A stretch of DNA of 64,000 bases from a virus. Under the pieces are notes generated by a model. It saw only the letters and a list, made by a program, of their open reading frames with translations, had not been told where the DNA came from and made no database searches. Positions 21,376 through 31,876 of the stretch are shown here, one piece after another. The position numbers and the translations under genes were made by a program. Position 1 is the stretch's first letter, and each line of letters starts with the position of its first letter. The stretch is from positions 32,001 through 96,000 of IMG/VR virus record IMGVR_UViG_3300025626_000006, one strand, 5' to 3'.

Positions 21376-21966
21376 TTAATCTGAGTAATAGTCATCTGAG
21401 TAATAGTTTCCACCACCACCACCACCAATGGAGTTTGAACCACCAGTAACACCCGATAGGTTACCTACTCCACCACCACTTGTGTTTCCAGCTGGTTGAT
21501 TAGCTTGTGCATTATTAAGGTTAGCCATATTATTATCAATGTAACCTGGTGGCACCATTGATGTGGTTTCTGTTTGACCTTCTACATAACCCCATCCAGC
21601 TGTTGTAGCTAAGTCTCTTGGGATTTGTGAATAAGTTCCTGTATTAATTCCGGCTGGAACACTTGGGTATACAAATGACAATTTCTTGATAACTGTATCT
21701 ATATTATTTCTAAACGTTTGGTCATCATATCGTGTAGCTTTTGTTGATGGAGTACCTTCTATTGGTAGTACAGGCAACTGTCCATATGTTGGTGTTGCAA
21801 GGTCTGAACTATTTGGAACTATCTCATATGATATTATCTGACCTCTAACGTTTCGCTCAATAGGACGTGACACCTGTGGGTTTTCTCCACTTGGTGCTTG
21901 TAATGGAGTTCCTGAATCTACGTTAACTGGTGTAGATGTTTGATTTGTTGTAGGTGCCATTGCCAT
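21376..21966 (-). CDS. Hypothetical virion-module protein with low-complexity Gly-rich C terminus
   Basis: 196-aa ORF tightly packed within the structural operon. Confidence 0.6.
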   Translation of the reverse strand: MAMAPTTNQTSTPVNVDSGTPLQAPSGENPQVSRPIERNVRGQIISYEIVPNSSDLATPTYGQLPVLPIEGTPSTKATRYDDQTFRNNIDTVIKKLSFVYPSVPAGINTGTYSQIPRDLATTAGWGYVEGQTETTSMVPPGYIDNNMANLNNAQANQPAGNTSGGGVGNLSGVTGGSNSIGGGGGGNYYSDDYYSD

Positions 21967-21967
21967 A

Positions 21968-24043
21968 TTATCTTACCACTTTAAAATAAAAATTATCATC
22001 ATAGTATCGTGTTGTACCACCTTGGTCTACTCTAAAACAAAACTTATAGAATCTTTCAGGTTGTAATCCATTAAACCAAAAGTTAAAGTAATTACCACTT
22101 GAATCACAACTTAACTTTGTATAGCTTGTATCAAATGGAATAATAACTTGGTCTGTATCGGCGTCAACTATCGAGTAATATGATGTGGTTGGTAAATACT
22201 TTATAGACTTTAATGGGTTTGACGCAAAACTTCTACTTGGATATCGTTCTCTACCAAATACTCGTATCTTACCTTTTGATTTTTCTTTATATTCGGTTTG
22301 TAGGTTTTTAACATAAACTACTATATCGTCTGAAACTAATGATGATAGTGACCCCGTAACAAAAGAAGAATCATCCCATCGTGTTTCTAAAACAGGTGGA
22401 TATATTGTATGCGTGTCTGATGAAAAGAATTTGATTGTACCAAACTTTGTTGGAGAACTCTCATCTACATTTTTCTTTTTGATTATGAACCCATTGTTAT
22501 TACGAGTTCCATCAATCCACTCTGTAACATATTGTGTTACATTGGTGTCAAAACTTTCTGTGTATTTATCAAATGATTGGGTGTAGTGTAATCCGCTAAA
22601 TGATGACGTGAACCATGTACCCCCACCTTCGGTTACAGACCAACGTGCGTCATAAAATACATCGGCGTATAACGATGAGGTTGTATCGACATTAAATGAG
22701 ATTAAATTAAAGTTGTCCAATGACCCACTAGCCGAATAACTACCACTAGCGAAGAATGTCCATCTAAACAAATAATCTCCATTTTGACGTGCATTAAATG
22801 AAATTGATGGAGATAGGCTTGATGTTATATTTTTAACATATCCAGTTAAGTCATTTGTGTCAACCACACGACCATCAGGATCAATAATATCAAATTCAAT
22901 TCCTTGTGCAGTTCCATCAGCGTATGTTGTTTTATAGTTACCAGAATCTAAATCGAAACTAGCAGTATACCCAGCGTCAGCTTGTAAATAGTATTTTCTA
23001 TTAAGAGTTGCTCCGCCAAATCCGTTTGCGTTTAATTGCATTTTACTATTACTAATGACAGCAGACCCAGTAGTTTGTGGATTTCCAGCATCACCCGTAA
23101 TTGGTTGGTTTAAGGTGTAAGTAGTAGGTAGTGTATCTGACTCAACATTAAATTGGTCTAAGATTAATGTACCAGGAGGTGTTGTTGCAAATAATAAGAA
23201 GTTGTCAATATTACCCGATGAACCATCAGCTCCGTTAGTATCAAAGAATGTATATTGTATTTTATACTGACCGGCCATACTTGATGTAAATCCAAGTTTG
23301 TAAGTTCCAGTAGCTGATATTGATTCCTTGTATCCTACAATTTCATCATTTAATCGTGAACCGCTTGGGTCGATTACATTAAAATCTACACCTGATAATG
23401 TGTCTCTATTAAAATCAAAATGAATATTATATATTTTAGCATCGTCCAATGATGCTGACAAGTTTGCCGTTCCACCACTAAAATTAGATGATGATAATAC
23501 TAACTTACCATCTATTGCTTGTACAGATGGTACTTCACCTAATGTACCATTGATAGCTTCAACTAATGTAAATCCACCAGTATTACCAACGAAATCATAA
23601 TATGCTTCTAATGCGCCAACTGTTGCAGCGTCAAGTGGTTTGTCCACTGTTGAATTTGCTGTATCCCAACTTGAACCACTTAGTCGTTGTGTCCAAGTAA
23701 CACTTTGGTCTTTTAATGGATAGTCTATTTTTCCAATACCCTCTTCCCAAGATTCTTTTAATGGAAACGTATATAGAGTGTAGTCCGATTGTATTTCTCT
23801 ACTCTCAATGTTTTCTAATCTAAGTCTATATTGTGGTGATGTTATTGTACCAGCATCCACAAGACTCTTTAACTCGTTTAAATTAAATTGAATTAAAGCT
23901 CGTGAGTTACCTAATAGGGTAGTGTTATCTGTGTCGTAAAACTTTCCGACTTCAAGAATTTCATCTTTACCTGTGTTTTGAGACTTACGAACATTGTCTT
24001 CGTATATTGTAGCGTCTTTTTGTGGATATATTCTATAAATCAT
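21968..24043 (-). CDS. Virion structural protein (DNRLRE-like termini with inserted beta-sandwich repeats)
   Basis: KDATIYE...SRALIQF N terminus and NNGFIIK...FFSSDT..YPPVLE C terminus; duplicated internal segment (DFNVIDPSG / EFDIIDPDG, GNIDNF / GSLDNF). Confidence 0.55.
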   Translation of the reverse strand: MIYRIYPQKDATIYEDNVRKSQNTGKDEILEVGKFYDTDNTTLLGNSRALIQFNLNELKSLVDAGTITSPQYRLRLENIESREIQSDYTLYTFPLKESWEEGIGKIDYPLKDQSVTWTQRLSGSSWDTANSTVDKPLDAATVGALEAYYDFVGNTGGFTLVEAINGTLGEVPSVQAIDGKLVLSSSNFSGGTANLSASLDDAKIYNIHFDFNRDTLSGVDFNVIDPSGSRLNDEIVGYKESISATGTYKLGFTSSMAGQYKIQYTFFDTNGADGSSGNIDNFLLFATTPPGTLILDQFNVESDTLPTTYTLNQPITGDAGNPQTTGSAVISNSKMQLNANGFGGATLNRKYYLQADAGYTASFDLDSGNYKTTYADGTAQGIEFDIIDPDGRVVDTNDLTGYVKNITSSLSPSISFNARQNGDYLFRWTFFASGSYSASGSLDNFNLISFNVDTTSSLYADVFYDARWSVTEGGGTWFTSSFSGLHYTQSFDKYTESFDTNVTQYVTEWIDGTRNNNGFIIKKKNVDESSPTKFGTIKFFSSDTHTIYPPVLETRWDDSSFVTGSLSSLVSDDIVVYVKNLQTEYKEKSKGKIRVFGRERYPSRSFASNPLKSIKYLPTTSYYSIVDADTDQVIIPFDTSYTKLSCDSSGNYFNFWFNGLQPERFYKFCFRVDQGGTTRYYDDNFYFKVVR

Positions 24044-24052
24044 GTTTTACCT

Positions 24053-25975
24053 CTAAAATAACGGAACTACTCTACCACGAATATCAATATCAGGAAATTT
24101 AATTTCAAATACCGATGGGTCTTTAGGTGGGTATACAATACCCTTCTTTGTAGCGTTCTTAATGTTATACTTTCGTGGTGAATATTGACCACCATCTTTA
24201 TTTATTATTTGTAAACCACCCTCACCTAAAGCGTTCGGTCTAACCACACTCTGAACACCGTCAACTTCATCTAACATTACATAAAGGTCAGATAACAGAA
24301 TGGGTTGGTTGATTCCAATTTTGTCTACTGCAAAATAATTTTTTAATTTAGCTATACAATTTAAAAGAACTTCGTTAGCGTTAAAGTTTGGTTTAACTAC
24401 AAGTTCGAAATCAATAGCAATATTTACTATATATGCATTCTTTATATTGATAGCATCTGTTAGGATTCTATAAAAAGACATATAGTTTAATAAGTTTGTT
24501 TTAGTTGCGTTGTTTATTAAAGCAAGTTTCTTGTTAGAATCGTATCCTAATACATAAAAGTTTATAGCTAATGGATTTGAAACAGATGTATCTGTAAATA
24601 CCCCATCATCTAATAATGTTTGGATTTGAAAATCTGGCGCCACAAATGCTTTTGATATAGAACCAAATTGAGGTGGCATAGCGTAAGCTCTTACTACATA
24701 ATCTTCTCGTGTTACTGCTCTTGCCTGAGCTCCAAAATATGCTTTAGCATTTTCTCTTACCTCATCCATGGTCTCTTCAAACTTACCACCCATTGCTGGT
24801 ACTTCATTTGATACTGCTATTGACTTTTTAGCTTCTTTAAATAAGTCACCATCTAATCCTATATCTGTTGTTTCGATAACTACATTAGCTAACTTATTCA
24901 AATCTTGTGCAACAACATTATCAATAACACCCTTACTAATTCTATACGTTACACTTAATGTAGTGTTTGCTGGAGCGACTCCATAGGTTTTTGAATACAA
25001 AAAGTTTGATGGGTCAAGTCCTTGATTTAAGTTACCAGTTGCATTGTACAATGATGACCCAACGTTATCTGGATTTGGAAGTAACTCTTCATCAGCATTT
25101 GATGATACACCTGCTCCAAATTGAATTTCAATCTCCCCCTCGTCTGTTACACGAGTTATATATCGTTTAGGAACTTTTTTTAATTTTAATAAAGCTGGAG
25201 TTTCACTTGCAAATGCTGAATGCTTTAATGAGTACTCTGATGTGTTAGGTGATTCTTCAAATACAGTATCTTGCCCAAGGTAATCTACCTTAGTCCACTC
25301 ATCACCCTCAGAATCCATTATTTTAATTACGTCAATTAAACCATCTTCATCTTTTAATCGTATCTTATCATATATCTTAGGAGAACCGAATGTATATGTT
25401 TTAACCTTCTCTTTACCACTTGTAGCTTGTACATATTTTTTCAAAAGAAATTTTACTGGTAGATTTGTATTGTCATCTATTTGATAAACGGATACTTCCG
25501 TTGGGTCGAATGATGATGAATAATTAAATCTAACTTTTTGATTTGTAGTAAATGCAATATCACCATCAGATTCTGCGGTGACTTTAGCTCCTTCTTGAAG
25601 AGTAAGTGCGTATCTAAAATCAGGCGATACATTAACACCAGTACCAATAGCTGGAACTAATTGGTACATACTTAACTTAGAAGTTGCTGGCACATTAAGT
25701 TTAGGTTTATATCCTAAAGATTGTGCGATTGCAAATACGTTCTTTTTTTCTTGTGCTTGTTCTAATAGAGACTCTCTTAACTGAACATCCGTATAGTACG
25801 AAAGTACATCACCTACATATGATGCGATTTCCATCATCATCATACCAGGAGAAGCCTCGTTGAAGTCATTGTAAGTTTGAGGGAAATAGTTTTTTGTGAA
25901 GTCTATAAGATTAGTTCTTATACTTCCAAAATCTCTACCTATTAAACTAACATCTTTTTTAATTTTATCTGCCAT
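24053..25975 (-). CDS. Baseplate wedge subunit (T4 gp6 / baseplate J-like)
   Basis: DFGSIRTNL..F.....PQTYNDF, DVLSYY, IQFGAG, GG.FEE, RAVTREDY. Confidence 0.88.
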   Translation of the reverse strand: MADKIKKDVSLIGRDFGSIRTNLIDFTKNYFPQTYNDFNEASPGMMMMEIASYVGDVLSYYTDVQLRESLLEQAQEKKNVFAIAQSLGYKPKLNVPATSKLSMYQLVPAIGTGVNVSPDFRYALTLQEGAKVTAESDGDIAFTTNQKVRFNYSSSFDPTEVSVYQIDDNTNLPVKFLLKKYVQATSGKEKVKTYTFGSPKIYDKIRLKDEDGLIDVIKIMDSEGDEWTKVDYLGQDTVFEESPNTSEYSLKHSAFASETPALLKLKKVPKRYITRVTDEGEIEIQFGAGVSSNADEELLPNPDNVGSSLYNATGNLNQGLDPSNFLYSKTYGVAPANTTLSVTYRISKGVIDNVVAQDLNKLANVVIETTDIGLDGDLFKEAKKSIAVSNEVPAMGGKFEETMDEVRENAKAYFGAQARAVTREDYVVRAYAMPPQFGSISKAFVAPDFQIQTLLDDGVFTDTSVSNPLAINFYVLGYDSNKKLALINNATKTNLLNYMSFYRILTDAINIKNAYIVNIAIDFELVVKPNFNANEVLLNCIAKLKNYFAVDKIGINQPILLSDLYVMLDEVDGVQSVVRPNALGEGGLQIINKDGGQYSPRKYNIKNATKKGIVYPPKDPSVFEIKFPDIDIRGRVVPLF

Positions 25976-25986
25976 ATCCTATTACC

Positions 25987-26424
25987 CTATGCTATTGATA
26001 GACCACCTTGTTCATCTACATTTAATATAATTATGTTATTTGCTCCACTTTCTCCAACAGAAAATGTAAAAGAAATATTAACTCTATTACTATCCGCTAA
26101 GTTTTCTACTACTATTTCAGTCATATTAATATATGGTAGCCAGAATTTAATATCTTCCGATACAGTATCTTTTAGATTATCTAATAGCTCTTGAGTTATA
26201 TTTTCAAATAAGAATGATGGAATATCTGTTCCAAATAATGGTTGTAGTGGTCGTTCTCCTTTACGCGTTAATAGTAAATTTTTTAAATTAGATAAAGCTT
26301 GGTCTTGTGTTGTGTAAGTGCTAGCGAATATTGGAGTACCCCCTAATGGGAATGGTATTCCAACTGCCACATTCTTTTGTAAATCTAAAGGATTTATCTT
26401 TTGTGATACTCTAGCTTTTGCCAT
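25987..26424 (-). CDS. Baseplate wedge subunit (gp25-like sheath initiator)
   Basis: NLKNLLLTRKGERPLQPLFGTDI...WLPYI. Confidence 0.88.
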   Translation of the reverse strand: MAKARVSQKINPLDLQKNVAVGIPFPLGGTPIFASTYTTQDQALSNLKNLLLTRKGERPLQPLFGTDIPSFLFENITQELLDNLKDTVSEDIKFWLPYINMTEIVVENLADSNRVNISFTFSVGESGANNIIILNVDEQGGLSIA

Positions 26425-26870
26425 TACAATAACCCTGATTTCTTTTTATTAATAGCTTTCATTAGCCCTGAGTAATCTCGTGTTAATGCATCTGCTACAC
26501 CAGAGTCAACGACTTTCTGCATATCAGTTGTTCGTCCATCTGAATCTGTTTGTGGTATCATGGATGTATTTACTTGACCATTACCACCAAATGCTTGAGC
26601 CATATCAGCCCCAAACATACCATTTGGTGTACCACTCATATTTCTCCATTGACCATCATTAGCGGTTTCATTTAATAAATCAGAAAACTTGTTCTCTTTG
26701 AACATTGCTGTGTTTGGTTTACTTTTAGTTTTTCGACTAATCGCTTGCTTTGGAGTATTAGCTTCTTTTAAAAGAGATTCCTTAATAGCCATTGTCTGTT
26801 TAGCTACTTGCTTTTTTACCTCTTCTTTAATTAACAATTTGATTGCTTTTACAAATTTGTTTGTGTCCAT
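26424..26870 (-). CDS. Hypothetical phage protein
   Basis: 148-aa ORF with IKEEVKK N terminus, preceded by a TATTTAT motif. Confidence 0.6.
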   Translation of the reverse strand: MDTNKFVKAIKLLIKEEVKKQVAKQTMAIKESLLKEANTPKQAISRKTKSKPNTAMFKENKFSDLLNETANDGQWRNMSGTPNGMFGADMAQAFGGNGQVNTSMIPQTDSDGRTTDMQKVVDSGVADALTRDYSGLMKAINKKKSGLL

Positions 26871-26894
26871 AGTAATAAATAGTTTAAATTATTT

Positions 26895-27950
26895 TTATTG
26901 TTTCATTAAGCCCAATTCAGTCGTTATTTTTGCAATACGAGCTGTTATTGCGGCTGTTTGTCCTTTGAGTGTAGCACCTGCGCCAGCAAGTGGGGCATTT
27001 ACCCCTACAATAGTGTTTGGAGTTGTAGAAATGTTTCCAATTGCTCCAGCTTGCGCAAAACTACTCACAGCACTTGTTAACTCATTTAACTCATTTTTGA
27101 TTTCTTCGATTTGAGTAAACATATTATCCATAGCAGCTTTCCATGTTGGAGTTGATATATTTACATCACCACTACCAATGATAGCTACACTATCTGTTTT
27201 AGCATTAAGTACAATCCTATCACTATTAGCTACAATCTGATTACCAGTGTAGACTGCTGTTGGTATAATCCCCCTAGCTCCAGCTACATCATGTGCTGAG
27301 TCAAGGGATATTTTATGTCCCGATGTAAGGTATATTGACGTGTCGTCATCATTTACATCTTCGATTGTGAATGTGTTCCAACCATCTGCTTTTTGAGTAT
27401 TTCTTAAAATTGTGATTGGGTTTGCTGGTGGGCCTGACCAAGTAGGTTCTTTAGATGTTTGTGCTCCTGATGGTGTATATCCTAATCTTATCGATTGACC
27501 GAATCTACCTTCAAGTAAAACATCACCACTAAATGGTTGAAGTTGTGATAGGTCAGCTACTTCTTCAAATCCAAAATCAAAAGCAAAATCAGAAGAACCA
27601 CCACCCGATGGATTCCCTGCTGCAGCTGCTTCGTAACTACCACCGTCTGTACCAGATGATAACCCAAGTGAAGATTTAGGAAGTACGTTGTGATTTATGT
27701 TTCGTTGTAAAGATACCGAAGTTGTATAGTAGTATCTTGAAGTTCTTGATAATGAACTAGCGTCTGGTCCGGGATGTTTTAGAATATGAATCATTTCACC
27801 TATAACAGGAACACGTTGAATATTCGTGTCCATTGGCCATGCTACAACTTCACTAAAAGCGTTTCCACCATTATTGATTTCTACTATTATGGAGTGTAGA
27901 AAATCAGATTCGGAGTCATTAAGTTTAACTTGTTTAACAGTACCTACCAT
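26895..27950 (-). CDS. Baseplate hub/spike protein (gp5/gpV-like)
   Basis: N-terminal VP.IGE OB-fold-like region; GDVLLEGRFGQSIRLG; NSDRIVLNAK beta-strand region; next to gp25- and gp6-like genes. Confidence 0.6.
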   Translation of the reverse strand: MVGTVKQVKLNDSESDFLHSIIVEINNGGNAFSEVVAWPMDTNIQRVPVIGEMIHILKHPGPDASSLSRTSRYYYTTSVSLQRNINHNVLPKSSLGLSSGTDGGSYEAAAAGNPSGGGSSDFAFDFGFEEVADLSQLQPFSGDVLLEGRFGQSIRLGYTPSGAQTSKEPTWSGPPANPITILRNTQKADGWNTFTIEDVNDDDTSIYLTSGHKISLDSAHDVAGARGIIPTAVYTGNQIVANSDRIVLNAKTDSVAIIGSGDVNISTPTWKAAMDNMFTQIEEIKNELNELTSAVSSFAQAGAIGNISTTPNTIVGVNAPLAGAGATLKGQTAAITARIAKITTELGLMKQ

Positions 27951-28324
27951 TACTCGTCTCCACTTTCTTCTTTAGGTAAATCTTTTTCTACTTCATCGAT
28001 AGCGTCCATTAGTTGGCGCTTTTCGTCTTCTGATAACATAAACCCACCATCGTCTGATGAGTTATTGTCTTTCATCATTCTTTGAACAATAGCCGCTAGT
28101 TTTACTAATGCGTCATCATTCCTAACTGATATGTCAAGATATTCCTTTATTAATGGAACAACTACTGATGCATCATTTAGATTCTTGACCATTGGTTCAA
28201 GTTGTGCAATCAGTAGTTTAATTTGTCTATCTTTCTTTTTTTGATTGGAGTATATATCCCCCATCAAGTCAGCAAAAGACTTTCCTTTAAATATTTCATC
28301 GTCTTTGGTCATTGAATTCCTCAA
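27950..28324 (-). CDS. Hypothetical helical phage protein
   Basis: 124-aa ORF translationally coupled to its neighbours. Confidence 0.6.
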   Translation of the reverse strand: MRNSMTKDDEIFKGKSFADLMGDIYSNQKKKDRQIKLLIAQLEPMVKNLNDASVVVPLIKEYLDISVRNDDALVKLAAIVQRMMKDNNSSDDGGFMLSEDEKRQLMDAIDEVEKDLPKEESGDE

Positions 28325-29027
28325 TTCTATGGTTTAGATTTTGTAAACCACCATTTAAATAATCGATATATAATTCTTTATATAAGTATTTTAATTTTCC
28401 AATTACTTTTGTTATATATTGTGTTTGTACGCCGGTTCTTTCTCTAATAAGTATGTAGAGTGCCTTTTTGTTGTACGAATAAAGGTCGTGTCGTGTTCTA
28501 AATAACTCATTAATAGAGTCAGCAATTTTTTGGTCTCGTTCTTTTGTAAACAATTTAAATAGATTAGCATCTATATATCTTACATAGAAATCAAAAAAGT
28601 CAGATACCGATTCTCTCATTTCTTTATCAAATACTTCATTCGTTATATTTCTTGAAGTATCAATCGCTTCTACCTTATCTTTTTGCTTCATACGTTGGTA
28701 GTTCTGATTGTTTTCATTGAAGAGGTAGTTTCTAGCTACAACTGTAAAGTAGGAAAATGCTCTACCATTTTCTCCATTGAATTTAGTTATCTTTTGATTT
28801 AGAAAAGCTACTACGTTTGCCTTTACGTCATCGTAAGGAACATCGAAGTAATACGTTTTGTAAGTATGTATTACATTTTCAGACAACTTATCGAATGGGT
28901 AGTGAATAAATCTATTGTAGATTTTATTCTTTAACTTCATATCATCAGAACCATTATATGCGTTTATAGCTATTTCTGTGATTTTTGTAAAATACCTCTT
29001 ACTTCGTTTCCTTCGCTTCTTGGCCAT
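28296..29027 (-). CDS. Phage RNA polymerase sigma factor (T4 gp55-like late sigma)
   Basis: KITKFNGENGRAFSYFTVVARNYL resembles the sigma region 2 motif of gp55-like factors. Confidence 0.65.
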   Translation of the reverse strand: MAKKRRKRSKRYFTKITEIAINAYNGSDDMKLKNKIYNRFIHYPFDKLSENVIHTYKTYYFDVPYDDVKANVVAFLNQKITKFNGENGRAFSYFTVVARNYLFNENNQNYQRMKQKDKVEAIDTSRNITNEVFDKEMRESVSDFFDFYVRYIDANLFKLFTKERDQKIADSINELFRTRHDLYSYNKKALYILIRERTGVQTQYITKVIGKLKYLYKELYIDYLNGGLQNLNHRIEEFNDQRR

Positions 29028-29289
29028 AATATTTTTCTAAGTCTTCTATTATTTCATACATCTGCTTAAATATAGTCCCAGTCTCATCGTCAGCTTCAAA
29101 TGCTCCTTTGGTATCTAAGTCTTTTAACTTTTCCATCGACTTATCAATCTTTTGAGCGATTGTCGATATTGTGTTTTCCTGCTCTTCAACAACATCCTCA
29201 GTAGCTTCGTTCTTACGGAGTAAATTCCATGTTGTAAAAATGAATACTAATGATACAATTGTATTGAGTATAATAATTGTTGTTATCAT
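28999..29289 (-). CDS. Small membrane-anchored coiled-coil protein
   Basis: N-terminal hydrophobic helix followed by a coiled coil. Confidence 0.6.
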   Translation of the reverse strand: MITTIIILNTIVSLVFIFTTWNLLRKNEATEDVVEEQENTISTIAQKIDKSMEKLKDLDTKGAFEADDETGTIFKQMYEIIEDLEKYYGQEAKETK

Positions 29290-29290
29290 A

Positions 29291-30073
29291 TTAATCTTCT
29301 ACTATGTCTTTAAATGCATCAAATACATTTACAGACGTTTTTGTTTGTTTAGAAAACGTATCGCTTAACTTACCTTTAGCTGACGGTCTACCATTGGGGT
29401 TTCGAGTTGATTTAACTTTACTACCTTGTGTTTCCCATCTTTTGTTTTCATAAATAGCAGCCATCTGGTCTGCAGTGTGCATGATGAATGGTAATGAGGT
29501 TTTTAATCTGTCATCGTTATTGTACTTAATGTAATATTGTTTATTACCTTCGTCATATAACCCATCAGTTAATCTCATACCTATCATTTCCACTTCGGTA
29601 TACTTTACACCAAAATGATTTAGGTTGAACATAGTTCGGTCATTGGTATTCATCCAATGAATATCAGGACTTGTTTTATATATCTTTCCTTGATTCTTAA
29701 CATGCCACTCAGAATCATTCTTTATATAATAGTCTTTGTCAGCAGTACCTAACTTACCTAAGTCATGGTGAAGTGCTGTAAACAACAAGGTCTCTCTGTC
29801 AATGTCTTCCATTATCATTCCAAGGTCTTTCCATAGGTCGTATACCTTTAGTGAGTTTCTACACACTCTAAGTACATGGTCTACATATCCACCTGGAAAT
29901 GCATTATGATAATGTTCAACTGATGATGCTGGTGTGTAAATCATTCTCTCTTCATAATGGTCATACATTTTGTTAAGAGATTCCAACCTTTCACCAGTAA
30001 AGGTTTGGTTGATTAACTTTCTGAACTTTTGGTAGTTTTCTACAAGTTCTTCTGCTGTAAAGAAATTTGTCAT
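29291..30073 (-). CDS. HD-domain phosphohydrolase (YhaM-like)
   Basis: PASS..HYHNAFPGGYVDHVL, ALHHDLGK, HTADQ. Confidence 0.85.
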   Translation of the reverse strand: MTNFFTAEELVENYQKFRKLINQTFTGERLESLNKMYDHYEERMIYTPASSVEHYHNAFPGGYVDHVLRVCRNSLKVYDLWKDLGMIMEDIDRETLLFTALHHDLGKLGTADKDYYIKNDSEWHVKNQGKIYKTSPDIHWMNTNDRTMFNLNHFGVKYTEVEMIGMRLTDGLYDEGNKQYYIKYNNDDRLKTSLPFIMHTADQMAAIYENKRWETQGSKVKSTRNPNGRPSAKGKLSDTFSKQTKTSVNVFDAFKDIVED

Positions 30074-30083
30074 TTTATATTAT

Positions 30084-30725
30084 TTAAATTATTACGTCTA
30101 CTATTCCTAACTCCTTAGCTCGTTCAGATGACATAAAGAAATCTGATGATGATATGTTTTCCCAATATGCTTTATCTTCGTTAGAATATTTAGCCATTAA
30201 TTCATTACAATCGCTTTCTAATTCTTCGCTAAATTTAGCATTAGATTTTACATCATTTAATTTACCAACAACAACTGTTGATAATTGGTGAACCATAATC
30301 TTAGAATGTTTTGATATCATTCGATTACCAGTTCCACAAGTAAGTAGTAATGCAGCTGCAGACATGGCTGCTCCCCTAACTATAATATTAAAAGTTATAC
30401 CTTGTGCTTTCATTGTATCCATAAAGTCAATTAAAGCCAAAGTTTCTATTACATCTCCTCCTGGAGAATTTAATAGAATATTGAACACCTTAACATCTTC
30501 GTTAAGTTTCATTAACAATCGTGTTTTAGCAACGACATCGAATGTCATTCCTGATTGTATTTCACCTTCAATAATAATTACATTATCTTTAGTATCAATA
30601 CCATAGTCGAATTCTCTGAAATACTTTCTGTTTGGGTCTGTCATTCCTTGCTCTTCTTTATTATAGGAAACCGATATACTATCATCTAAATAGGTGTTCG
30701 ATTCATTTCCGTATAGTTCGTCCAT
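30084..30725 (-). CDS. clpP: ClpP-like protease subunit
   Basis: LNSPGGDV, AAMSAAALL, IMVHQ, AKELGIVD. Confidence 0.88.
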   Translation of the reverse strand: MDELYGNESNTYLDDSISVSYNKEEQGMTDPNRKYFREFDYGIDTKDNVIIIEGEIQSGMTFDVVAKTRLLMKLNEDVKVFNILLNSPGGDVIETLALIDFMDTMKAQGITFNIIVRGAAMSAAALLLTCGTGNRMISKHSKIMVHQLSTVVVGKLNDVKSNAKFSEELESDCNELMAKYSNEDKAYWENISSSDFFMSSERAKELGIVDVII

Positions 30726-30787
30726 AATTCTATTATTAAAGTTATACTAATATACAACATTTGTATGAGAATACCAAATGTTTTTGT

Positions 30788-31876
30788 TTATTTTTTAGAA
30801 GTGTCAGCGTAGTTGTGTTTTGAGTTACGTTTTATGGATTCACCATAAAGTTCTTTAGTGTCTAAGGTTTCAACTTTTTCATTAGGAACAAACCTTACTT
30901 CTTCTTTTTGAGGTTGTTCTTTTTCCACCTCTTTTTCACTATCTCCGCCCGTTTTTTCATCAGCATTAAACTGCTCGTTAAAATCTTGCATCTCTTCTTC
31001 AGTCCACATACCATCATCTATAATATCTAAAACCTTCTCACTATCATCAATATCTTCAGCTTCTTTATTTTTTTTATCGTTTCCTAATAACTTATTTAAT
31101 GCTATTACCATAGCTATCGCTAATGGGTCAAACACAAAGACAATTAGTAATGTAAACCAATTTACAATTACATTCATAGCTTTACCAGTTATTTCAGACA
31201 TATATCTAAGAGGCCCAATTTCAGCGGCTATCTCATTATTAGATTCTAAATCTAATATTTGTAAGTCAAGCCTTGTAATTGAATCTGTAACTGATTCTAT
31301 CTTTATACTAATATCATTTCGTGATTGTACAGCCAAGTCTAACTCTTTTGTTAATAACCTTCGAGTTGAGGATGATTGTGTCGTAATTATATTACCAAGC
31401 GTGTCTTTATATTGTATCTTATTATTAGTTATACCATTCCTTAAATCACCAATCGATGTACTTAGGCTGGATTTCTCATTCATAAAATAATTTAATTGTT
31501 CATTAAACCTATTCTTTTTTAGTTCAATTACATTTATCTGTTTATCCATAACACCAAGTTGGTCAGCTGTTTTTTGATAAGCAGCAGTTAGGAATCCATA
31601 GATACCAGCTGATGTGATTATCATTAATACACCTACTGCTAAGGTAAGATACCACTTCATCCACCCAGCTTTATTCCAATGGTTATGTAGGTATGATGCT
31701 ATTATTAATTTAGAGAACTCTAAAGCAGCCGCCATAATTATTACTTCTGTTTTTGCTCCAGCAAATAAAGAGCTAAGCCCAAAGACCGAATAGTATGCTG
31801 CTGAACCAGCCAACGCAAGTGTACTGAGTATCATCAGTAATATGAATATATTTGACCTGTTAAATATTTTTTTCAT
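30788..31876 (-). CDS. Multi-pass membrane protein with coiled coil
   Basis: Three N-terminal and one C-terminal hydrophobic helices; LIVFVFDPLAI. Confidence 0.7.
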   Translation of the reverse strand: MKKIFNRSNIFILLMILSTLALAGSAAYYSVFGLSSLFAGAKTEVIIMAAALEFSKLIIASYLHNHWNKAGWMKWYLTLAVGVLMIITSAGIYGFLTAAYQKTADQLGVMDKQINVIELKKNRFNEQLNYFMNEKSSLSTSIGDLRNGITNNKIQYKDTLGNIITTQSSSTRRLLTKELDLAVQSRNDISIKIESVTDSITRLDLQILDLESNNEIAAEIGPLRYMSEITGKAMNVIVNWFTLLIVFVFDPLAIAMVIALNKLLGNDKKNKEAEDIDDSEKVLDIIDDGMWTEEEMQDFNEQFNADEKTGGDSEKEVEKEQPQKEEVRFVPNEKVETLDTKELYGESIKRNSKHNYADTSKK

